IMG/VR virus record: IMGVR_UViG_3300047552_001239
Reading direction: 5' to 3' (one strand)
From: an uncultured virus (IMG/VR IMGVR_UViG_3300047552_001239)
Lineage: Duplodnaviria > Heunggongvirae > Uroviricota > Caudoviricetes
Length of the DNA: 64,000 nucleotides
The notes beneath the pieces are model-generated. The model made no database searches. It was not told the origin of the DNA and saw nothing but the letters and a program-made list of their open reading frames with translations. The translations under genes were made by a program, and so were the position numbers. Shown one piece after another: positions 1 through 8,739 of the stretch. Every line of letters begins with the position of its first letter. The first letter of the stretch is position 1.

Positions 1-280
1 ATAATACTTTCTTATCGAAATGAGAAATAGCTTCGATAAAATCTTCATATTTTGGTCTAGTCGCTAAATCTGGAAATTCACAATGTTCAAAAATTAAAAT
101 TGAAAGTTCACGATCATAGATATCAGGGGATGAAATCATCGTTTTCAACGATAAATCATCAGCAACTGTGAGAGGGGAAGCTAAAACTCGATGTTTTGCA
201 ACTGGACAAAATGCTTGTCGTTTACGAATTTGTTTTAACCGCTCGAGTTTTGAAAAAACATCTGCAGAATTCGAAATCAT
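1..280 (-). CDS. Hypothetical phage protein, 3'-truncated by the window edge (not in ORF track)
   Basis: ATG at 280 preceded by AGGAG (286-290). The frame is open to position 1: MISNSADVFSKLERLKQIRKRQAFCPVAKHRVLASPLTVADDLSLKTMISSPDIYDRELSILIFEHCEF... Confidence 0.7.
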   Translation of the reverse strand, partial: MISNSADVFSKLERLKQIRKRQAFCPVAKHRVLASPLTVADDLSLKTMISSPDIYDRELSILIFEHCEFPDLATRPKYEDFIEAISHFDKKVL

Positions 281-302
281 TATGGCTCCTAAAAATTAAA
301 TA

Positions 303-1811
303 CTATAATCTTAAAATTAATTTAGAATGGCCACAATCAGGTATAATTAACCATCCTAATTGCATTGCTAATTCTTTTTGGGAATATTTTTCTAAATAAT
401 CTTCTTTAAAATAACGCGATAAATTTGTTTTTGTTATATAACTTCTATGTTTTCTCAAATAATTTGAATTATTTTTAATAATTACATTATATCCTATTTG
501 ACCATCAGATATTTTTTCAAATCCAATTTTACTATAACTATTTCCAGTAAAAAATCTATTGTCACAATATGATATAATAGATTTAAATTGTAAAAAATCT
601 TTATGAAAAGTTGAAATTAATTTAGATAAACCACCAGATATTTTAATATCATTAATAGTAGCGTATCGTATAAGTTCACATTCATTTTGATTATGATATT
701 TATTATTACCAAATAGAGCACAAGCTACTATTTGGTTATCATAAACTAAACAATACGCAATACTTTCTGGATAATATTTTAAACCTTGATGATGGTATTT
801 ATTAAAAAATGGTACTATATGTGTTGGAAAACTATTATCTGTATATCCACATTTCCAAATAGAGCATTTTCTAGCGCCTATTTTATTAGAAATTATTCCA
901 AGAGCATTTTTAATAATTTGTTCCATTTGCAATCTCGAATTAATCCATTCATCTTCATAAATATTAATTACTCTTAATCCTAATTTTTCAAGATTTAATC
1001 GTTTTTCATTTAAATGAGATAATTCTCTTATTCCCTGATTTAAACTATGCCAATATACACCATTATATTCAATAGCTATTTTTTTATCTGGAATTGTAAT
1101 ATCAATAAAATATGGAAAATAATTATCTCGATCTTCAAGAATTGCTGTATTATAATAATTTATAAAATTATAAATTTCTTTTTGCCCTTTTGATATTATA
1201 TTTGTACATTTAGGGCAGCCAGATTCATTATAAATATGATTTATTAATAATTGTTCAAATATTCCATGTTCTGGACAAATTATTTTGATTTTTTTATCAG
1301 AAGATTCATAATTAGATAATGAATAATCATATTTATAATTATGAATTTCGCTAGCTATTTCAATAAAATTATTTTTAATATGGTGATTTTGTAATAAATT
1401 CCATACTTTAGATTTATCAATTTGTATTATTTTACCACATTCAGGACACCCAGATTTACGATAAATGTGATTTGTTGGTAATTGTTCAAATATTCCATGC
1501 TCTGGGCAAATTATTTGAACCGATATATTATTTTTAATATAAATAGTATTTGTATAATTATATTTATAATTATGAATTTTATTAGCTATTTCAATAAATT
1601 CTAAAGTATTTGAAATTCCTTTACATTTAGGACAACCAGATTTATTATAAATATGATTGTTAGGAGTAACTAAAAAACTACCATGTATTGGGCATATAAC
1701 TTCTATTTTTTCAAACATTCCATTGTAATTAATATTACTGTAATCGTACCAATTAAAATGAATTTTATTAGATTTTTCAATGATATTTTGAGTTGTTAAT
1801 TTTTTTGGCAT
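303..1811 (-). CDS. Free-standing Hef-like homing endonuclease (zinc-ribbon repeats + Vsr/DUF559-like nuclease + C-terminal domain)
   Basis: Three repeats of ICPxHGxF...NHIYxxSGCPxC, then a DITIPDKKIAIEYNGVYWHS Vsr-like nuclease motif. The C-terminal IGARKC...ELIRYAT...ISYCDNRFFTGNSYSKIGF...DCG region is typical of phage Hef-like proteins. Confidence 0.75.
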   Translation of the reverse strand: MPKKLTTQNIIEKSNKIHFNWYDYSNINYNGMFEKIEVICPIHGSFLVTPNNHIYNKSGCPKCKGISNTLEFIEIANKIHNYKYNYTNTIYIKNNISVQIICPEHGIFEQLPTNHIYRKSGCPECGKIIQIDKSKVWNLLQNHHIKNNFIEIASEIHNYKYDYSLSNYESSDKKIKIICPEHGIFEQLLINHIYNESGCPKCTNIISKGQKEIYNFINYYNTAILEDRDNYFPYFIDITIPDKKIAIEYNGVYWHSLNQGIRELSHLNEKRLNLEKLGLRVINIYEDEWINSRLQMEQIIKNALGIISNKIGARKCSIWKCGYTDNSFPTHIVPFFNKYHHQGLKYYPESIAYCLVYDNQIVACALFGNNKYHNQNECELIRYATINDIKISGGLSKLISTFHKDFLQFKSIISYCDNRFFTGNSYSKIGFEKISDGQIGYNVIIKNNSNYLRKHRSYITKTNLSRYFKEDYLEKYSQKELAMQLGWLIIPDCGHSKLILRL

Positions 1812-1838
1812 ATATTTTGTTTTTTCAATTTTTTAATA

Positions 1839-1850
1839 TAATATCTATAT
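1839..1850 (-). promoter_or_regulatory. Candidate phage promoter motif ATATAGATATTA
   Basis: Exact 12-mer about 28 nt upstream of the ATG at 1811. The same 12-mer occurs at 22872, 39878 and 46209. Confidence 0.5.
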
Positions 1851-1875
1851 AAAGGAGGGTATCCAATTTTATTAA

Positions 1876-1910
1876 ATAAAAATGGAAGGAGAAAAAACTT
1901 CTCTTTTCCC
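1876..1910 (-). terminator. Rho-independent terminator after major capsid gene
   Basis: On the minus strand, the hairpin GGAAAAGAGAA...TTCTCCTTCC is followed by a T-run, just downstream of the capsid stop codon. Confidence 0.55.
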
Positions 1911-1928
1911 CTCTATAATAATTCAGTA

Positions 1929-3497
1929 TTAACCCAAAATATCGGTGTAACCAGAAACGGTAATAACACCTAATGCTTCTGGGCGAACAACTTCGAGAGC
2001 CGAACGCGAACGTACGAAGGTACGCTTAACACTATTGGTGATCTCTTCGATCATATAGAGTGGTTTATAAACTAAATCGATCAATGCACAACGAGATAAA
2101 TCATCACCAGTTGGCTTATAAACAATATAAACCTTTGATTCATCCAGTACATCAGAATGAAGAATTTTCATCTTTGAGAAACCAATATTGGAATCACCAG
2201 AGAATCCAGCTTCACCACGACGAGTTTCAGAGAAACTAACTACATATTCCTGGAGAGATTCCAGAATAGAAGCAGTCTTCAATCCAGCCAGAATATACTG
2301 TGGATCAGCACGATAATTCTGACGAACCTTACGACGGATCGATGAAATCATTGGAATAATCGACTTAAAAACATCCAATGAATTATTTGGTTGATACTTA
2401 TTACCATCCATCTTATAAGTATCTAAGTTCAGATTTAATGATGCGCCATTTGCAGCCATTTCAGCTTCATATGACTTTAAGAAATAAGCTAAGTCATAAT
2501 CTTTATTAAGAAGCATCTGTAAACGGATTGCTTCAGAAAGAGTACGTACTAAATCTAAATTCCAAATATCATTATAATCCTGTAATGTCTCTGTAGTTAA
2601 TTCTAACTCAAAGTCATCTCGAACATCAACTGATGCATCCCAACCATCAACTTCTAATTTAACTTTTACGCGACCAACATCACTGGTAATCGCACTAAAA
2701 ATAGTGGAGCAATTTACAGAAACTGCACTATAAGTAGCTGGAGAAGCTGAAGAAAAAGTGCAACCATATTGTACGATTCCACGATCAAAATCAACATTAC
2801 CAACAATTCGACCACTTACAACTGCATTCGTATTATTTGCATCTGTAAAAGTAAAATCTTTAGTAATCTGGCCGCGAGCATCTGGACGTAATGATAATGC
2901 AACTGTATGGCTATTTGCAGGGGTATCATTATCTGCAATGGCGATATCTGTTATAATCAGATATCTTTTATTTACTCTCATTGTCTCAGAATTATCTACA
3001 TTTGCCAATGTAAATAAATTATTAGAGACATTAGGTAATAAAGCTAATATTGTCGCTTTCTGTCTTTCTAAAATATTACTCCGTGGCATACGGAATTTAG
3101 AAACTGTACCGTCAACATTAGTTACTGATCCCTGAATTTTAATACGAGGAATAGTAATAATCGACTTATTTACTGGATAAATTGTAGCAATCTCAGAGAT
3201 AATTGGATCTGAGTAAATATCTGCAAGAATTGGAAAGTACGTTACTGCATAACCAATAGCAGAAGCAGAGGGTCCGATATTAGCAGATTCCTCTAAGAGC
3301 ATCTCACGCTCACGCTCACAAACAGCAGATACGACACCTTTAGCTGTAGGAGTTAATCCTTCAGTAATAGCTGCGACATATGCTCTAAATGCACCATCAG
3401 AAGATAACATCTCGATTGCACCCATAGGTGTCGAAATGTCATCTTTGTGCTCTTTCAAGAAAAGTTCATAATTTTCAAAAATGACATCACTGTACAT
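1929..3497 (-). CDS. Major capsid protein (distant T4 gp23-like)
   Basis: 522 aa, directly after the portal and protease genes, with a GAGG RBS and higher GC. Has gp23-like segments: ETLQDYNDIWNLDLVRTLSEAI, YILAGLKTASILESL and LVYKPLY...VRSRSA. Confidence 0.8.
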   Translation of the reverse strand: MYSDVIFENYELFLKEHKDDISTPMGAIEMLSSDGAFRAYVAAITEGLTPTAKGVVSAVCEREREMLLEESANIGPSASAIGYAVTYFPILADIYSDPIISEIATIYPVNKSIITIPRIKIQGSVTNVDGTVSKFRMPRSNILERQKATILALLPNVSNNLFTLANVDNSETMRVNKRYLIITDIAIADNDTPANSHTVALSLRPDARGQITKDFTFTDANNTNAVVSGRIVGNVDFDRGIVQYGCTFSSASPATYSAVSVNCSTIFSAITSDVGRVKVKLEVDGWDASVDVRDDFELELTTETLQDYNDIWNLDLVRTLSEAIRLQMLLNKDYDLAYFLKSYEAEMAANGASLNLNLDTYKMDGNKYQPNNSLDVFKSIIPMISSIRRKVRQNYRADPQYILAGLKTASILESLQEYVVSFSETRRGEAGFSGDSNIGFSKMKILHSDVLDESKVYIVYKPTGDDLSRCALIDLVYKPLYMIEEITNSVKRTFVRSRSALEVVRPEALGVITVSGYTDILG

Positions 3498-3512
3498 TTA
3501 TAATACCTCTAG

Positions 3513-4619
3513 TTAGATTTTTAATGAGAAGAGTTTTAAAGAATTAAAATGTTCTAATAATAAAGATTTTACATATTTAGAGCATTCTTCTTTTGAACTA
3601 TCTGGAAAATGATAGTTTTCGCTTTCAAATATAATAGAATCCATCGATTCTAATAATATCTCATCATTAGATTCTGATACTAAAAGATCTCTTATATTTT
3701 CAATTGATTGACTTTCATTCAAGAAACTCAAAATTCGAGCACTACCATGTGAAGGACTACTTACAACATCATAAGTAATCGCACGAAGCGGAGTAGCAAC
3801 TTCCATAATTCCATTACTTGTCTTCGGTTTTATATTTGCAAAACCGCGCCAAGAAAATCCAATATTCGCTTTATCTTCCTTAATTAGATTCGCTAAGTCT
3901 GGCCCTTTAACATATTTGTTCAATAAGAATCGCTACTTCTTACCCGGAAAAATATATTTCATTTGGGAGGGAAGGCAAATGAATTTAATATATTCGCAGC
4001 TGCATATCATCTATGCAGATCAGACTATCTCTTTAATTTACTTAATAAAAAGTAAATTATTTTGCGCTTCAACTGCCAATAGCTTGCAGTCTACGAGATT
4101 TCTCTCTAGTCGTTACACTTTTAAAATCAAAAAAGATTTCGGAAAGCTCGGTATAATCCCTACTAGGAGCCATTAATAAGGACTTCCACCGAATTCACAA
4201 AATTTAGAGTGACCTTAAACAATCAAGCCACTTAAAGTTTCTATTTCCCCAACAATATCTTTACCTTCCATATAGATATTTCGAATCAAACTACCGCAAT
4301 TTTTTATTTCAACAATAGCAGCTCTTTTCTTAAAACTATCATCTTGAGGTGCAGATACAGTCAGAGGATGATCGATTTCTTGAAATAATGATCTCCCTTT
4401 TGCTTTTTCTCGAAGAGAATTTACAATTTCCATACAAACATTTTTAGGATAAAAACGATTATTGCCGTTTACTTCCTCTGCAGTTTGTAATCGAGTTCTA
4501 AAAATTACTTTATTAATGGGAGAATCTTTATAATTTATTTTTTCTTCATGGATAATATGCATTTGACTATTTCTAGCCACTGTGCAATCTTCCATGATAA
4601 GATGAATATTATTTATCAT
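3513..4619 (-). CDS. Prohead maturation protease (T4 gp21-like), two exons: 4619-4226 and 3910-3513, 263 aa spliced
   Basis: Motifs LQTAEEVNGNNRFYP, EIDHP, IGFSWRG and YDVVSSPSH. Splicing joins ...ETLSG-F-KGPDLANLIK in frame. Confidence 0.88.
3911..4225 (-). mobile_element. Group I intron, ORF-less, 315 nt, in prohead protease gene
   Basis: Core elements GTGAATTCGGTGGAA, GTAACGACTA and AAGAGATAGTCT. P1 pairs UGGCU with GGUCA, giving a U-G pair at the splice site. Terminal G is at 3911, and P10 pairs TTTAA with the 3' exon TTAAA. Confidence 0.88.
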
Positions 4620-5287
4620 ATATCAGTTGATTGCGTCTCTTCTGGTTGTAAAAGGCTATTAATTCTTGAAATTAAATAATTACTAATCTGAACTATTTGA
4701 TTATAATCGAATGTATCATAAAAAGATAAAAGAATTGTCAAATAATAAATTATGTCATTAGATTCTTTTCGATTTTTGCTGTTATATGTAGTATTATCTA
4801 GAATATGTTTCAGATTGAGTAATTTATTATAAATAATGTATTTTTCAACATTCTTTATAATTTCAAGATTAGTTTGTTGTTGCTGGTCTGCCAATACTTG
4901 ATTCGGATCTACAGGTTGTAATGTCTGAGGATCGTAATATGTATTAGTATTAGGATCTAATAATAGTCCAGTTTGTGGATCACTTTGTAACTGACTTGGA
5001 TCAACAATAACTGGTGGGGGTTGATTCAAATCTTCAACTGGAGGAGTCTGTTCTTGATCTAATTTTTTAACGGAGATAATAGGATCTCCTGTTTCTGGAT
5101 CTATAAATTCACCAGTTGCAGGATCTATTAATTGTAAAGTCTTTGGATCAAAATATTCGCCAGTTTGCGAATTAAATAATAATTTCGTATCTGGATCTAC
5201 TAATAAATTAGTTTTTGGATCTACTTCATATCCAGTAACTGGGTCTGTTTGTTCAAAAATTACATCTCTAAAATAAACTGTGTACAT
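4616..5287 (-). CDS. Putative prohead core/head protein with DPxT(G) repeats
   Basis: About ten DPxT/DPxQ short repeats. Lies between the portal and protease, where T4-like phages have core proteins. Confidence 0.5.
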   Translation of the reverse strand: MYTVYFRDVIFEQTDPVTGYEVDPKTNLLVDPDTKLLFNSQTGEYFDPKTLQLIDPATGEFIDPETGDPIISVKKLDQEQTPPVEDLNQPPPVIVDPSQLQSDPQTGLLLDPNTNTYYDPQTLQPVDPNQVLADQQQQTNLEIIKNVEKYIIYNKLLNLKHILDNTTYNSKNRKESNDIIYYLTILLSFYDTFDYNQIVQISNYLISRINSLLQPEETQSTDI

Positions 5288-5292
5288 AATTT

Positions 5293-8117
5293 TTATAACC
5301 CGCCTGGACCAGGAGGAACTCCTCCCATAGAAGCTAATGTTTGGTTTGCAAGTTTTGTCTTTTCTTTTTGATTTAACATATCACTTTCCTTAACAATATC
5401 ATCCCATTCAATAAATGGAATATATTTTTTAAGTAATGTAATCGGATTAATATGTACCGATTTCATCTCCGAAAGTATATTTATTAAATTTGTAACGGAG
5501 GTTATTGATAGCTCTAACATTTGAAGTTGGAGTACTGTAGGAGGAAATAAAGTAATTTCAATAGTTTTAGAAGGTTTTTCTAAATCAAATATTTCGCATA
5601 TTCTATCAATAACATTATTTATATTTTCATTAAAATTATGCTGTATATTAGATACTTCAGTAGCTAAAGATATATTCGCATGAATTAATTGCTCTCTCAT
5701 ATCTACTGCATCTGGATAACCAAGATAAGTAGGTGGTACTCCACTAAGAGCCATTAATTCTCGACGTTGATCCTCTAAATCCTGAATTTTAATTTGAGGA
5801 TTTCCCATTTCTTTAAGCATAAATATTAAATAAAGATCGTTACTCTTTATTCAGAATCAATCTGCTATATGTTACCATATAGATTAGACTATCTCTTCAA
5901 CTTATATTATAAGTTGTTCTGCACTTCCACTCACTTGAGTGTATAATTAGTCGTTACACCTTCTAGATTAAAATCTAGCTTGGCTCGGTATTGTCCTTTT
6001 ATTGGGAAATAAAAAAGGATATTCACCGAATTCACAGAATTTTCAACTATAGATTACTCTATAGTGCGACTTAATAGTAAATCGACATCTACAAACGCCT
6101 GACCTCTTTTTGTAAAAACAACAAGGTCTTTAAAATCACTAAGTATTTGGGCAATATCTTTAGTTGATCCTAAATCACTAGCAGTTACGCGTTGATTTTT
6201 AAAAGATCTTTTCAATTTTTGAAGTAATACTGAACTATCTTCTCTAGATCCTAATTCAACAGTCCATTTACGAATTAAACTAGCTCTAGATAATTTCATT
6301 ACTGCATTTGCTAATTGAGTAAATGTCAGTAATTTACCAGGAATAACTAGTGGATCAATTAAACTTTGACCATCATTTATATTTAATAAGAAACGCTACT
6401 TTCTTATCGAAATAAATAAAATATTATTATTTATTTCCTCTATATTACTATAGAGATTAGACTATATCATTATTAAATTCAAATTTTATTATATCTAATA
6501 ATTAGGTATGGGCTATTAGTTTTTATTAAAATATCATATATAATCGGCTTCTTCCACAGTTGATTATAACAATATTTTAAATTTTTCTAATAGCCCATAC
6601 CTAATTATTAGATATTTTTATTTAAAAATTGAAATTAATATTTTGCACTTCCACTCACTTGAGTGTACTCCCTTTCGGGATAGTCGTTACACCGTCTTTT
6701 GAAGTTTTTCAATCTTCTAAAGATTGGCTCGGTATTGTCCTTTTAAAAAGGATGTTCACCGAATTCACAAAATTTTATTTCCGCCAAGTAACGGAAAATA
6801 TTCGCTCGATGGTGTTTTAAACCAAAAAATATTTTTAGGTTCAATAAACCGTATTTTAGCTTTATTTCGATATAAACTATCTTTATTAATACTAAGATAT
6901 ACTTGCTTTAAAGAATAAAACAAATCATCATTCAAAGTAGAACGGATTGATTGTTCATAATCTGAAAATGATTGATTATCATGTTTTATTATTTTATATT
7001 TTTCTAAAACTTTTTTAACAGTATAATCAACAAATTTATTAATTAAACTATCTGTTGATTCTTTAGTCCCTTCGCCAACTATCGATGATATTTTATCTGC
7101 AATTTCTAAAAATCTACTAATATTATTAGTAGTCATAGATTTTTCAATAACTGCCATCTCAATAAATCCTAAAATATTACCATATGGCGTTATTAAAGGA
7201 ATTATTTTATGAGGTTTATGTAATCGTATAGCTATTCTTTTTAATTTATTTTCATCTAATAGTTCTGGTTTTTCATTTTTAAGATTTACGAATTCTTCAC
7301 TTTCTAAAATACTTTGATTAAATTCAAGATCTGAATAACTTTCTATATTATCGCTAAATTCTATAAATAATTGACTTAATTCGTCTACATAATTATCTGA
7401 ATTTGCTTGCTTATTATATTTATTTTTAGAGTTTAAATTTTCATATAATGAATTAATTATTCTATCTTCAGATAATTTTTTCCCATTAGTTATTACTTCT
7501 CTAGTTTCAGTAACCAATTGGGCTTTTTCTTTTACATTATATACTGATGATTTTTTTAATTTACTATTAGCTACAGGAAATTTTACTGTAATTTGATCTA
7601 AATCTAAAATTTCAATAAATGCATCGCCATATTTAAATACATTATGGCCTATAAAATGTTTTAATTTTTCATCTAAACCATAATAATCAATTATTAAATT
7701 AGCTATTTTTCTATTAACTTCTATTTCATTATCATCTTTTAAATTAGTGCGATCTCGAATATATAATATTTTATTAGTTACCGTATCTTTTTGAAAAACA
7801 TTAGCGGTATATACGCTAAATATACGTTTTATTAAAGAAACAGTTTTATATAATTCATCATAAACAGAATAGCGATTAATTCTTTCCTTAGGAACTGTAA
7901 TACCATTAAAAATTTGTTCTATTTCTGTTTGATTTTTCTCATTTTCTTTAGGATCATCAGAATATTTAATAACTTCTTTAATTGATCTCGAAGCTAAATT
8001 GTCATATGTATCAGTAGAAGAATATGAAGTAATAGGTAATTGATCAATTAATCCATCTAATTTATCAATTAAAGATGAGCTATCTGATTTTCCAAAGATT
8101 TTCGAAAATATACTCAT
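5293..8117 (-). CDS. Portal protein (T4 gp20-like), three exons: 8117-6791, 6373-6081 and 5817-5293, 714 aa spliced
   Basis: N-terminal RYSVYDEL and FKYGDAFIE. Spliced junctions give EYFP-Y-GQSLIDPLVIP and FVDVD-LKEMGNP...ALSGVPPTYLG, matching the gp20-type layout. KLSRASLIRKWTVELG resembles the gp20 RAPERR region. Confidence 0.85.
5818..6080 (-). mobile_element. Group I intron, ORF-less, 263 nt (second portal intron)
   Basis: Core elements GTGAATTCGGTGAA, AATACCGAGCC, GTGTAACGACTA and AAGAGATAGTCT. P1 pairs CGAU with GUCG. Terminal G is at 5818, and P10 pairs TTAAG with CTTAA. Removal keeps the frame. Confidence 0.87.
6374..6790 (-). mobile_element. Group I intron, ORF-less, 417 nt (first portal intron)
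   Basis: Same core as the 5818-6080 intron, with ATGATATAGTCT as the S element. P1 pairs UUUCCGU with GCGGAAA. Terminal G is at 6374, and splicing creates PYGQS. Confidence 0.87.
6491..6615. mobile_element. MITE-like element (125 bp, 29-bp perfect terminal inverted repeats, 7-bp flanking direct repeat) inside the intron
   Basis: ATATCTAATAATTAGGTATGGGCTATTAG at 6491-6519 and its exact reverse complement at 6587-6615. TTTTATT flanks both sides (6484-6490, 6616-6622). Confidence 0.65.
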
Positions 8118-8440
8118 TTAATATTTTTCTCTTTTAAATATTCTGTTGCTTTTTCAAAAATTAAAAAGAATACCAATAAATTTAAACCTTCTTCGGAAAA
8201 ATATCTGGAATATAACTTTTTTATATAAGTTTGACTTAATAATATTTTAACTATATTTTCAACAATAGTTTTAAGAAATATTTCTAATTCTTTTTTCGCA
8301 GAAGGATTAACTAGTATTTGATCTGAATATTGTGCGAATTGTTTATTAATAAAAGGAATAATTTTAAATTCATATTGAATATTTATTATCGTAAATAATG
8401 GATCGAGATCATCATTATATTCAGACACAAAAAACTCCAA
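8114..8440 (-). CDS. Hypothetical protein
   Basis: 108-aa ORF overlapping the portal start codon (ATGA coupling); its own start is uncertain. Confidence 0.55.
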   Translation of the reverse strand: MEFFVSEYNDDLDPLFTIINIQYEFKIIPFINKQFAQYSDQILVNPSAKKELEIFLKTIVENIVKILLSQTYIKKLYSRYFSEEGLNLLVFFLIFEKATEYLKEKNIK

Positions 8441-8442
8441 AA

Positions 8443-8484
8443 AAATAAAAAAGGTGACTAATATAATCAGTCACCTTTTTATTT
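8443..8484. terminator. Intrinsic terminator hairpin
   Basis: AAAAAGGTGACT...AGTCACCTTTTT inverted repeat with A/T tails on both sides. Confidence 0.7.
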
Positions 8485-8502
8485 AAATTATTTTTAAATC
8501 TA

Positions 8503-8715
8503 TTATGCTTCTACTTCAGTTTCAGTTTCAGTTTCAGCATTTTCGATAGCTTCATTAATCATCAATTGTAGATAATTCTGTGCGCTACCAGCTTCTGTTA
8601 AAATAACATCGCTTCGGAGACTCTGTTCTAAACCTTCCATATAAATCATCGGAGCTAATGCAATACCTTCCTTTACTGCTTCTGCAACAAATTCCTGAAC
8701 TGTAATATTAGACAT
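8503..8715 (-). CDS. Small acidic protein, possible head core/internal protein
   Basis: 70 aa with an AGGT RBS and its own terminator. Contains several [ILV]-x-E sites (FVAE, ILTE, MINE). Confidence 0.6.
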   Translation of the reverse strand: MSNITVQEFVAEAVKEGIALAPMIYMEGLEQSLRSDVILTEAGSAQNYLQLMINEAIENAETETETEVEA

Positions 8716-8739
8716 AAAAAAATACCTATATTGAAAAAA

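Noticed and set aside
5..21. 17-nt exact match TACTTTCTTATCGAAAT to 6397-6413 in the first portal intron
   Set aside because: Positions 5-21 lie in an open coding frame with no intron core nearby, and such matches are plausible by chance in very AT-rich DNA.
3513..8117. Pseudogene or stop-codon reassignment explanation for the fragmented protease and portal ORFs
   Set aside because: The gaps contain complete group I intron cores and precise splicing restores the frames. Other long genes are intact in the standard code.
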